Of a stretch of 39,130 bases of DNA, positions 1-8,652 are shown piece after piece. A program made the translations under genes and the position numbers. The notes below the pieces were generated by a model. That model worked only from the letters and a program-made list of their open reading frames with translations. It ran no database searches and was not told the DNA's origin. How positions within the stretch are numbered: the first letter of the stretch is position 1; each line of letters begins with the position of its first letter. The DNA is from Promethearchaeota archaeon (GTDB lineage: Archaea > Asgardarchaeota > Lokiarchaeia > Sigyniarchaeales > SOKP01): assembly GCA_008080735.1 (NCBI GenBank), contig SHMW01000031.1, positions 1,293 through 40,422 of the forward strand. Reading direction: 5' to 3'.

Positions 1-512
1 AAAAATGAATTAAACCTGGCAAAATTGTGCTCTAAATTAAAATGGTAATTATGAGTTGCTTCATAAAATATATTTGCGAGATCTTTTAGTAATGTAATTT
101 TTTCTCTTGTTTGTGTTGTTAGTCCCAAACCTTTAATATATGGAATCTTTCCCTCTTCTGCTAACATAATGAGGTATTTCAATTCTTGTTTTGTGAATAG
201 AACCTGCTTTCCTAGAACATCCTCATGGGGGACTGTGTACTTATCTTTCTGCTTATTATTCACTCCTTTTGTCTCATATTCGATTTCTCCATTATTTTCT
301 TTTATCCCGATAACTTGGTGAATTATCTTTAGTCCCGTTCCCTTTATTTCATAGGCGATGATATCACCAACTTCATAGAGCACCCCTTCCGGATTTTTCT
401 TAATCGCAAGAGTGGAGCCAGGGGCTATTTTTCCCTTCATTGACGCCCCAAGAGTTTTCATCACGGTGATATCTTCATAATTCCTTTTGGCATTTTCAAT
501 CTTAGTTTTCAT
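1..512 (-). CDS. S26 signal-peptidase-like domain protein, runs off window edge; possibly the remnant of a longer stop-interrupted gene
   Basis: Manual translation from ATG at 512: MKTKIENAKRNYEDITVMKTLGASMKGKIAPGSTL...GDIIAY...IIHQV...ETKGVNN; matches S26B boxes (GxSM, GD, HRV-like, TKGDNN-like). Not in the ORF track. Confidence 0.6.
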   Translation of the reverse strand, partial: MKTKIENAKRNYEDITVMKTLGASMKGKIAPGSTLAIKKNPEGVLYEVGDIIAYEIKGTGLKIIHQVIGIKENNGEIEYETKGVNNKQKDKYTVPHEDVLGKQVLFTKQELKYLIMLAEEGKIPYIKGLGLTTQTREKITLLKDLANIFYEATHNYHFNLEHNFARFNSF

Positions 513-1117
513 GGAATTTTCATTGGAATGAGACGGGAAATTTACCTTTTCGGCAGTTGTGCTTTGGAAGGTATGGGGGTGTTAACCAATCAGGTAAATA
601 GAATAATCCACAATTACGCGCTCTAATGGGGTTAATTTCTGGGTTAAATCTAGTTTCGCCTGTAGAACCTTCATCACCTCTGGATTGAACGTGCGAGCCT
701 CGAGATCCACAATGATGTCCATTCCCTTGTATTTCGTCTGAGTAAGCATCTCGATAGCGTATTTGATATTTTGGGAGGGATAAACCACTCGAGAATATTT
801 CTGATGCGAAGTCTGGAGCACTTCAAGATATTCATCAAATGCTTCGGCATGAATGATTTTGATTGTTTCCTTGTCAAATTGCGGAAAAAGCCCTTCTTAC
901 GGATCTCAGATTAGCATATCACTCAAGTGAGTGTTTAAAAGTGTTTCTGATCCCCATGGAGATCGTTCTATATTTTTCAAAGCAGCAGGCAAATCACTCG
1001 TGGATTCTCTTGAAGGTAAAATATCCTCAGGTTGATTTTTTAAATCCGTTAACTTTCCTAACATTGAGAACCAATTGCTCTTGCGATTCCCTATCTCTTT
1101 ACATTCTTGTCGTTTTT
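513..1117 (-). pseudogene. Upstream continuation of the same frame, interrupted by stops
   Basis: ORF 582..821 is in frame with the 1..512 ORF; the frame continues to ~1117 with only TAA 582-584, TAA 897-899 and TGA 906-908. Confidence 0.35.
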
Positions 1118-1451
1118 TTCACAGTAATCTTCGTTGGAATCGGACGCTGAATTGACCGTTCCATCCGAAATCTCATTCAATTCTCATGAAAAATATACAG
1201 ATTCTTATTCTACAAGGATTTAAGAAAGTATGAAAGAATATTAAAAGAAATTGAAAACATTAATTTAAGATACTATCATTTTAAAGAGGGGGAATGAATA
1301 TATATAATCAATATCAGTAATAAATAGCGTTTTTATTTCCTAATAATATGAGTAATTTGTTTTCATTTCAATTAAATTAGTAAAAAACTAATTTTCTTCT
1401 TTAAAAAAATATTTATAGTTAAATAACCTTCTAGAATTTAGGAAATATAGA

Positions 1452-1691
1452 ATGACTACAGTTGAAATTGATAGAAACTTATTAGAAGAACTCATTGATT
1501 TAAAAATGCGCTTTTTATTAGATGAAATTGATAAAATATTAAATACTTGGTCTTATAATTCTCCAGATAAGTTTTTGCAGGATGCAAAGGATGGGATAAT
1601 TGAAGAAGCTGAAGATGATGCGATTACTTTAAAGCAATTAATATTACAGAGAGAAGAATTACTCAATTTAAAAAAAAAATGGAATGATTAA
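1452..1691 (+). CDS. Small acidic helical protein, putative antitoxin partner of the downstream gene
   Basis: 79 aa, acidic, directly upstream of a DUF6516/TumE-like gene. Confidence 0.5.
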   Translation: MTTVEIDRNLLEELIDLKMRFLLDEIDKILNTWSYNSPDKFLQDAKDGIIEEAEDDAITLKQLILQREELLNLKKKWND

Positions 1692-1724
1692 AACTTCCAT
1701 CATATAATCTTCTATTCCTTTCTC

Positions 1725-2066
1725 ATGAAATCTCTTGAAAAATTAGGTAAATCCAAGTTTTTAAATGAAAAGGAATTATCTATAACATTACAAACACTAA
1801 ATTTTGAACCTAAATTAGCAAGAATCCGTGTATCGTTAAGAAATGGAACTCAAATTTACATTAGATATAATGATTATGGCGAATATAGTTACAGTATTAT
1901 AATCTCAAAAATGAGACTAGATAGATGTCGCTTTGATAACTATGATGACAATTGGAATGTACCTACGAGACCAAATCACTTTCATCCAAGATTTGTTGGA
2001 GAAGGTTTTAAAAGCCCAATGATTGGTAATCCTGATAAAGACATTCAACAAAATTTTCATTGCTGA
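1725..2066 (+). CDS. DUF6516/TumE-like putative toxin
   Basis: YSYS...RFDNYDDNWNVPTRPNHFHP resembles the R(Y/F)DN...T.PHH.H signature of DUF6516. Confidence 0.55.
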   Translation: MKSLEKLGKSKFLNEKELSITLQTLNFEPKLARIRVSLRNGTQIYIRYNDYGEYSYSIIISKMRLDRCRFDNYDDNWNVPTRPNHFHPRFVGEGFKSPMIGNPDKDIQQNFHC

Positions 2067-2552
2067 AATCAAATAAATTACTTTTAAAAGAATTTAGATT
2101 TAAATGATATCTAGTCTCCTTTTTTACAGCAGGGGTGCCAATTTTTCATTTATATATTGTGAAAAAGATCTTTCATCTTAGAAAGTACAGAGAATATTCG
2201 GTTTCCATCCTTTCCCTTGGATACCTTTAAATTTTGTCTCCACTCTCATTTCTCGTCAATTGGTCAAGTGGATCTGCTCAATTACTAGAAAGTAACTATC
2301 ATTAGATCAAAAACATACCTACTCCACTTAAACTTTTCATCAGATCATATAATTAAGTTCACTAGTAAAAAATTTTTTTCCTATCAATGAGTAAGTTTTT
2401 TGTCGAATAAAATGAATCAATGAAATGGCTCAGATCAACCAACACATTTATATATAAGAAATACTAATTTAATTATAAGATAGTGAATTTTATCTGATCT
2501 ATCCATAAAATAATTATAATATATAACAAAACTAGTGGAGGAATGAATTAAA

Positions 2553-2765
2553 ATGGGAGCTTTTGCATGGAGCCCACTTCGGGCTTTAATGAAAGATGCT
2601 GGTGCAGAAATCGTAAGTCGAGCGGCAGTTGACAAATTAATGGACTTCTTAGAAGGATACGCGAAAAATTTAACCGATTGCGCACTTGACATCGCTAAAC
2701 ATAGCGGCCGTAAAAAGGTAACCGCGGACGATATGAAAATCGCGATTGATTTAGTCAACGACTAA
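2553..2765 (+). CDS. Archaeal histone (HMf-like fold)
   Basis: SPLRALMKDAGAEIVSRAAV...AKHSGRKKVTADD; 70 aa; GGAGG SD-like upstream; T-rich tract downstream. Confidence 0.95.
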   Translation: MGAFAWSPLRALMKDAGAEIVSRAAVDKLMDFLEGYAKNLTDCALDIAKHSGRKKVTADDMKIAIDLVND

Positions 2766-3045
2766 ACTTTTCGACATACCAGCACAGTATTACTATAATA
2801 TTTTTTTTATTTTTTTCTTCTAATATTTTGCGCTATTAATCATATTTTAATTGATGTTTTGTACTATTTTTAATTACTTTATCAAAAGTCTGCCAATTTA
2901 GAAATTGAAAAAATGACACGAAATAAGATTAACCGTATAAACCGAATGAAGTTCATTGGGGTCTAAAATTTTTCATAAACTGTAGGAGGATAAATTTTTT
3001 ATTGTAATGCAAAAAGTTATATCTCTATAGTTCCATAGATTATAT

Positions 3046-3249
3046 ATGAATACGTCTATACAGATCAGTAAGAATACGTTAAAAAAATTAAAACAACTGA
3101 AAAAAGTCTATAATTCTCCAACTTATGATGATCTAATTAATGATCTCATAAAAAAAGCTGAGAATGTACCCGACAGTATGTTTGGCGTTGATAAAGGGAA
3201 ACTAAAAAAGTTTTCAAGAGAGGATAGAATTGCCTTCAGGGAATACTAA
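3046..3249 (+). CDS. vapB: VapB-type antitoxin (RHH-like)
   Basis: TSIQIS..TLKKLKQLK....TYDDLI..L, SMFG; overlaps the downstream PIN gene. Confidence 0.75.
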   Translation: MNTSIQISKNTLKKLKQLKKVYNSPTYDDLINDLIKKAENVPDSMFGVDKGKLKKFSREDRIAFREY

Positions 3250-3631
3250 ATTTTTATTGGATACATATGCTTGGATCGAATATTTTCGTGGTAGTAGCAA
3301 GGGAGAAATAGTAAATGACTTAATAGATTCAGAAATTATTTACACATCAATTATTTCCATTGCTGAGTTGTCGGATAAATATTATCGTGAAAATTTATCA
3401 GAAGAGTGGCAAGATCGATATCGATTTATTGTTTCAGAATCTTACATAATACAATTATCCATGGAGATTGCACAGAGATCGGGTACCAGAAAATGGAAAT
3501 TACGTGAGGAGAATGAAGATATTGGACTTGCGGATGCGATGATAATTGAAACTGCCATTCAAAAGAAATTAACGCTTGTATCTGGAGACCCACATTTTGA
3601 AAACCTAGATAACCTCCTATTTTTAAAATAA
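3230..3631 (+). CDS. vapC: VapC PIN-domain ribonuclease toxin
   Basis: LLDTYAWIEY, SIAEL, GLADAMI, LVSGDPHF carry the conserved PIN acidic residues. Confidence 0.9.
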   Translation: MPSGNTKFLLDTYAWIEYFRGSSKGEIVNDLIDSEIIYTSIISIAELSDKYYRENLSEEWQDRYRFIVSESYIIQLSMEIAQRSGTRKWKLREENEDIGLADAMIIETAIQKKLTLVSGDPHFENLDNLLFLK

Positions 3632-3716
3632 ATTTTTGGAGCCAAAAAGAGTATTTATCTGAATATTATTTAACTGAGTATTAATTTATTAATTATATTT
3701 AAAAGGAGATTCTCAA

Positions 3717-4166
3717 ATGGAAGAAAAGAGCGGGGAAAATTTACCTAATAATCCCTTAGAAGCACAAGGTATGCTTATTAAGGCTTTTTATGAAAGATTC
3801 GGGAAAGAAGCATTGCCTATTATTAAAAGAATTTGTGGAAAGCAAGGGAGAGCGCTTGGCCTTAAAATAAAGAAAAAACTCCCAAGTAATAACCTTTCGA
3901 CCGTCGCAGAGGCATTTTCAAAGACTTATGACCCGAAAGATGTGAAAATCGTGAAAATATCTGATAAAGAGTTTCGGATTCAAGGAACAAGATGTCCTTT
4001 TGGGTTAGAAAATACCTCCAGAGAGCTCTGTGAGGCAGTAATGGAAATTGATCATGAGTATTTCCGTACAGCTGTTAATGAAAAAATTTCATTAAAAATT
4101 AAAAGAACTGTCGCTGGGGGAGATTCCAACTGCGATACTATTTATGAATTGGAAACGGAAGAATAA
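3717..4166 (+). CDS. ATC-hydrolase/V4R-like ligand-binding domain protein
   Basis: ERFG.EA, RCPF, LCEAVMEID, RTVAGGDSNCD three-Cys pattern. Confidence 0.6.
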   Translation: MEEKSGENLPNNPLEAQGMLIKAFYERFGKEALPIIKRICGKQGRALGLKIKKKLPSNNLSTVAEAFSKTYDPKDVKIVKISDKEFRIQGTRCPFGLENTSRELCEAVMEIDHEYFRTAVNEKISLKIKRTVAGGDSNCDTIYELETEE

Positions 4167-4292
4167 TACATACTAATAATACTATGCTTCTATGTAATCC
4201 ATCCTTCTTTACGATTAAGAATATTTAGTGTGTGAATTCGTTTTTTAGTCAAGCTAATTTTTGAGAAATAATTATAAACATAGTTTTGAAAA

Positions 4293-5399
4293 ATGTCCGA
4301 ATTTGATATAGTGGTTGTTGGTGCGGGACCAGGTGGATCGATCGCCGCGAAAGTGGCAGCTGAAGAAGGTTATACAACTTGTATAATCGAGAAAGAGAAC
4401 CTGAGGGATGAGGGCCGATATAAAGCTTGCGGTGGTGCGATGGCATGGGAATTAGTAGAAGAGATTGATTATCCAGAAGAAAAAGTCGCCAGGGTAATTG
4501 AGTCGCTTGAGCTCCATCATGTCGATGGGGAGACTTATTCTAAAGAGGGGAAAGGAGCGGTCGTGTGGAGATCGGTCTTTGATAAATTTCTTACAGATAT
4601 GGCCCTTAATGAAGGTGCGAAGTTAAAAGATAAAGAGGCCTTATTGGATATAGAACAGAATGGAACAAATTACAAAATTACCACGACGCAAGGAGTCTAT
4701 GATGCTAATTATGTAGTTGCTGCGGATGGAGTTACCTCACGGACCCTAAAGAGGTTAGGATGGCCTGATTTTCATAGCGATGATCTAATTCTAACGATCA
4801 CTAAAGAGATGAAATTAAATAGCGTAGAGATTGATGAACGATTAGGCAAAGATAAAGTGCATCTCTATTTCGGCATCGAAAATCTCATCCCTGTGGGGTA
4901 TGCATGGTTATTTCCTAAAGCCGATCATATTACCGTGGGATGGGGAAACCAGATAAATCTCATTAAAAACTCTCGGGAAGAATTCCAAAAATTTGTAAGC
5001 TTATCCACGGTAGAAAAGTCTTTGAGAGGATCCGAAGAGGCCGTGTTCAAGCCGCATCTAATTCCCGTTGGATTACGACCTCAGTTATATAAGGAAAAAG
5101 TGATCGCGGTTGGAGATGCTGGGGGGATTGTAGATCCCATTAGCGGTAAAGGCATTCCGTATGCGATGATGTCAGGGCAAATTGCGGTCGAAACAATTAA
5201 AAAGTGTGAGAATAAAGATCGTATCAAGCGTATAGGAGAATATTATAAAAAAACGCTTGATAGAAAATTTTTAAAAATTCTGGAATTGAAACGACAAGCA
5301 AGAGACCGAATTTTTAATGATGAAAAATCTCTAAAGAATTTTCTTTCACTCTGGGAAACCCATAGATCCTCAGAAATAGTTATGAAAGGTTTAATTTAA
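4293..5399 (+). CDS. Geranylgeranyl reductase family FAD-dependent oxidoreductase
   Basis: VVGAGPGGS, KACGGA, AADG, GYAWLFP, GDAGGIVDPISGKGI. Confidence 0.88.
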   Translation: MSEFDIVVVGAGPGGSIAAKVAAEEGYTTCIIEKENLRDEGRYKACGGAMAWELVEEIDYPEEKVARVIESLELHHVDGETYSKEGKGAVVWRSVFDKFLTDMALNEGAKLKDKEALLDIEQNGTNYKITTTQGVYDANYVVAADGVTSRTLKRLGWPDFHSDDLILTITKEMKLNSVEIDERLGKDKVHLYFGIENLIPVGYAWLFPKADHITVGWGNQINLIKNSREEFQKFVSLSTVEKSLRGSEEAVFKPHLIPVGLRPQLYKEKVIAVGDAGGIVDPISGKGIPYAMMSGQIAVETIKKCENKDRIKRIGEYYKKTLDRKFLKILELKRQARDRIFNDEKSLKNFLSLWETHRSSEIVMKGLI

Positions 5400-5417
5400 A
5401 AACTGGCTTCATTCGAT

Positions 5418-5485
5418 TAAGACACCCTTTAGGTGCGGTGGTCAAGGAAGCAAGAATCACGCTCCTTTAGGAGTTGGTAGTTCAA
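5418..5485 (+). mobile_element. IS200/IS605 right-end-like remnant (non-autonomous)
   Basis: GC-richer island with two hairpins (CACC-cttta-GGTG; GCTCCT-tt-AGGAGT), GAAGCAAGAA before the last hairpin and terminal GGTAGTTCAA; no tnpA/tnpB nearby. Confidence 0.6.
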
Positions 5486-5507
5486 TTCAATAGAAATCCC
5501 AGATTAT

Positions 5508-5987
5508 CTATAGAATCAATGCGGTTCTTTTCGGGGCTTTTTCAGCATAAAAATATCTGCCGGAACCCATCACATCAACGTGGCGAAAAGTTATTCTATG
5601 AAACATTAATTTTCCGGATTTGAGACCATATTTTTGTTTCACTTTTCTATAAGTTTCTTCATCTAAAGGCTTTAATAGTTCGAGAATCCATTCTCCCAAT
5701 TCTGATACAATGAGTTCTTCGTCTGATGGATAGTATTGTTCTTTATTCGCCCCAAGTCCCGGATGACCTTCTCTATACAATCCAGAGTTGTTCAATGCTT
5801 TCTTTTGATAAGAAATAAACTTTAGAACTATTCTCCCTATATTTTCTAAGCTTTTTGGTCCGATTTTGTCAAGAATTTCGAAAACGCGATTTTCCCCTCG
5901 AATATAATCCTCTAAGGTATCGGGGGAACGTTTTGGCTCATACCCTGAAAAATCATCTATAGAATCTTGCTTTTTCTCGATATCCAT
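5508..5987 (-). CDS. Hypothetical protein
   Basis: 159-aa ORF, ATG start, protein-like composition; no family recognised. Confidence 0.7.
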   Translation of the reverse strand: MDIEKKQDSIDDFSGYEPKRSPDTLEDYIRGENRVFEILDKIGPKSLENIGRIVLKFISYQKKALNNSGLYREGHPGLGANKEQYYPSDEELIVSELGEWILELLKPLDEETYRKVKQKYGLKSGKLMFHRITFRHVDVMGSGRYFYAEKAPKRTALIL

Positions 5988-6138
5988 TTACAACTTTCCT
6001 TGAAGAATATCTTTTCTAATTATGTGGCAATAAATACCTTAGGTATTTAAGTTTTTTTCTGCTTTTGAATGAAACTTTATTTACTGTAAAAAGTAATTTA
6101 TTATTAGATTCATAAAACATTTCGAAAGGAAGATAAGA

Positions 6139-7218
6139 ATGGTAAATATTTATCATGAAAAGGATGGAAATATTTCTGAAATTAAGGAAAAAACTGTCGC
6201 TATCATAGGGTATGGGAATCAAGGAAGAGCGCAAGCATTAAACCTCCGAGATTCTGGAATAAATGTAATTGTGGGTAATCGCGAAGATGAATACAGACAA
6301 TTTGCTAAGGATGATGGGTTTTCTACTTATTCGATAGCGGATGCGGTTAACAAGGCTGATATTATTTTTATTTTAATACCAGATGAGATCTTGGATGAGG
6401 TATTTGAAGAGAGTATTCGACCATATTTAAGTGAGGGTAATGCGATCGTATTTGCAAGTGGGTATAATGTTGGATTTGAATTAATTGATTTACCGGATAA
6501 TATCGATGTCCTCTTACTAGCTCCCAGGATGATAGGTGTAGGAGTCAGAGAAAAATTTTTGGATGGCGAGGGTTTTTTCAGTTTTATTGCCATTGAACAA
6601 GATGCGACAGGTCACGCAAAAAATGTTTTACTGGCGTTGGCTAAAGGAATCGGAACCTTGAGAAAAGGCGCTGTAGAATTAACCTTTAAACAAGAAGCAG
6701 AATTAGATTTGTTCAATGAGCAAGGCTTCGGTCCTGCGTTTGGGAGAGTATTGTTGACTGCGATTTATACTCTCTTAGATGCTGGATATCCTCCAGAAGC
6801 GGTTTTGATTGAAATGTATATGTCTGGGGAAATGTCATATACATATCAAGCCATGGCAAAAGTAGGTTTGGTCAAACAAGTTAATTTTCATTCCCAAACC
6901 AGTCAATATGGCTCGATGAGTCGCGGAATTCGCTTTCGAAAATTGCCATTACGACCAAAAATGGAAGAGATATTGGAGGAGATTCAGAATGGAGAGTTTA
7001 CCAAAGAATGGGAGAAAACTCTAACAAAGCTAAAATTTAAGATCATTAAATTCTTTGCGACCAAACAAAAGATAAATCGCATCGAGAATGAAGTTCGGGA
7101 TAATTTGGGATTAAAAACTTATGATATATATGAACAAGAACCCCCAACAAACAGAGATATGGAGGAGCTAAAAGAGGTTTCAGAGGAGCTTAAAGAATTT
7201 GAAAAGTACTATCAGTAA
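6139..7218 (+). CDS. ilvC: Ketol-acid reductoisomerase
   Basis: IIGYGNQGRAQALNLRDSG, LIPDE, LAPRMIG, EAELDLFNEQ, SQTSQYG. Confidence 0.92.
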   Translation: MVNIYHEKDGNISEIKEKTVAIIGYGNQGRAQALNLRDSGINVIVGNREDEYRQFAKDDGFSTYSIADAVNKADIIFILIPDEILDEVFEESIRPYLSEGNAIVFASGYNVGFELIDLPDNIDVLLLAPRMIGVGVREKFLDGEGFFSFIAIEQDATGHAKNVLLALAKGIGTLRKGAVELTFKQEAELDLFNEQGFGPAFGRVLLTAIYTLLDAGYPPEAVLIEMYMSGEMSYTYQAMAKVGLVKQVNFHSQTSQYGSMSRGIRFRKLPLRPKMEEILEEIQNGEFTKEWEKTLTKLKFKIIKFFATKQKINRIENEVRDNLGLKTYDIYEQEPPTNRDMEELKEVSEELKEFEKYYQ

Positions 7219-7242
7219 TTTTACATTTTTTTGTTCTTTTTT

Positions 7243-7872
7243 TTAAAAGGAGTTTCTCATAGAGTTCTCAAGGATTTCTGATGGTTCTTCAAATTTAGTC
7301 ATACATTTATAGCAATATTTTGGTTTTGAATAATACTTTTCCCCACAATTAGGACATTTACTTATCGTCGATTTAGCTATTTCTCTCAAGTTTTCTAAGT
7401 GGGTTTCTTCTGTAGGTTCGGTCAATTTCCCTATACCATAAGATAAAGATATTGAAATCCCTATAATTATAATCCCCAAAATTAGAGTTTTCGTGAGTAA
7501 ATCCCACAACTGAGCATTAAAATAGATTGGAGTGTATCGTGAGCTGAAGACATAGAAAAAAAAGTTCAAAAAAAAGAATATCTTCAAGTTTGCTGTTGCA
7601 GCGGAGCGTGGTTCTTGATAAATTACGATTGGGATAAGTGAGATTCCAATCCAAACTCCTCCAATGAATAATAAACCAAAAATATCTATAAAATGAAGGT
7701 AATTTGCTAAAAATTGGATGATTTGTTGTCGCTCTGTCGTAATTCCACTGTCAAATTCTATCTGAAAATCATAGCGGAACCCAAAAATAAGTAAAGAAAG
7801 CAAACTAAACTGAATTATAAATATAATAATCTTACTTCCTACAAGTTTTTTAAATAATTTCTTAACCATCAA
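7243..7872 (-). CDS. Multi-pass membrane protein with C-terminal zinc ribbon
   Basis: About 4 hydrophobic segments then CPNCG...YCYKC. Confidence 0.75.
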   Translation of the reverse strand: MMVKKLFKKLVGSKIIIFIIQFSLLSLLIFGFRYDFQIEFDSGITTERQQIIQFLANYLHFIDIFGLLFIGGVWIGISLIPIVIYQEPRSAATANLKIFFFLNFFFYVFSSRYTPIYFNAQLWDLLTKTLILGIIIIGISISLSYGIGKLTEPTEETHLENLREIAKSTISKCPNCGEKYYSKPKYCYKCMTKFEEPSEILENSMRNSF

Positions 7873-8034
7873 TTAATTAAAAATTTCGAAATCCAATAAA
7901 GATGATGAAGGATTTTTTTACAATTATAATAAAATAAAAGTTAATCCATAAAATCTAAATTCTAATTTTCAATAAAAAAACGTTTGAGAGAATTTCAAAT
8001 TCCAGAAGCGTATTATAAAAATAGATTAAATTCT

Positions 8035-8346
8035 CTAATTCAATTTGGTTCCACATTTTTTACAATATTTCGCATCCTCATCATTTACAAAATTACATTT
8101 ACTACAAAGATATTTTCTAATCCGCCTAATCTCCCCTTTTATATTAATGATTGATATTCCAAAAAATATTCCTAAAATTGGAATAAATATAAGAAGAAAA
8201 AATAGTTCAAGAGAAAATATTACGTGAGTAATTAAAACAAATATAATGATGAATATAGATAATAATAAAAATAGTTTTAATGAAAGATTAATGCTATCTC
8301 TTAGGTCTTTTATTGTTTCATTTTGGTTCAAACTAGAATGTTTCAT
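8035..8346 (-). CDS. Small 2-TM protein with C-terminal zinc ribbon
   Basis: Two hydrophobic segments then CSKC...DAKYCKKCG. Confidence 0.75.
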   Translation of the reverse strand: MKHSSLNQNETIKDLRDSINLSLKLFLLLSIFIIIFVLITHVIFSLELFFLLIFIPILGIFFGISIINIKGEIRRIRKYLCSKCNFVNDEDAKYCKKCGTKLN

Positions 8347-8541
8347 TCTCTTTGTTTTAATTATTACTGAAAAATTACATTATTCTAATATAAACTTTAT
8401 CTCGAGATGATATTAACATATTTATATTTTAAATTTTATTTCCAATTTTCTTATAAACAAAAAAAGAACATTTAAAGACTAAATAGGCAACCAAATTCCT
8501 ATAATGATATGGCGGGAAATTCCGTTTTAGAAGGGTTTTAA

Positions 8542-8560
8542 CCGTAAAATTTTTTAATTT
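8542..8560 (+). promoter_or_regulatory. Candidate BRE/TATA promoter of the rpoA' operon
   Basis: CCGTAAAATTTTTTAA; similar CCGTAAAAAATTTAAA upstream of EF-1alpha (33792). Confidence 0.35.
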
Positions 8561-8652
8561 TGCTATATATAATCTCATACAGTGGAGAATTTATCAGCTG
8601 ATTTTTTTATGTATTATAAACTTGAAAATAAAAATGAGGACGTATTCTTCTT

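Noticed and set aside
863-1150. Plus-strand 95-aa ORF, and other short antisense ORFs in the track (e.g. 2435..2758, 12468..12764, 24663..25220, 37324..37632)
   Set aside because: No family features; they overlap better-supported frames on the other strand.
2064-2066. TGA as possible selenocysteine
   Set aside because: Read-through ends after 6 codons; no selenoprotein family or SECIS recognised.
2110-2340. Minus-strand gene-like fragments (also 15320-15470)
   Set aside because: Multiple stops and no recognisable family.
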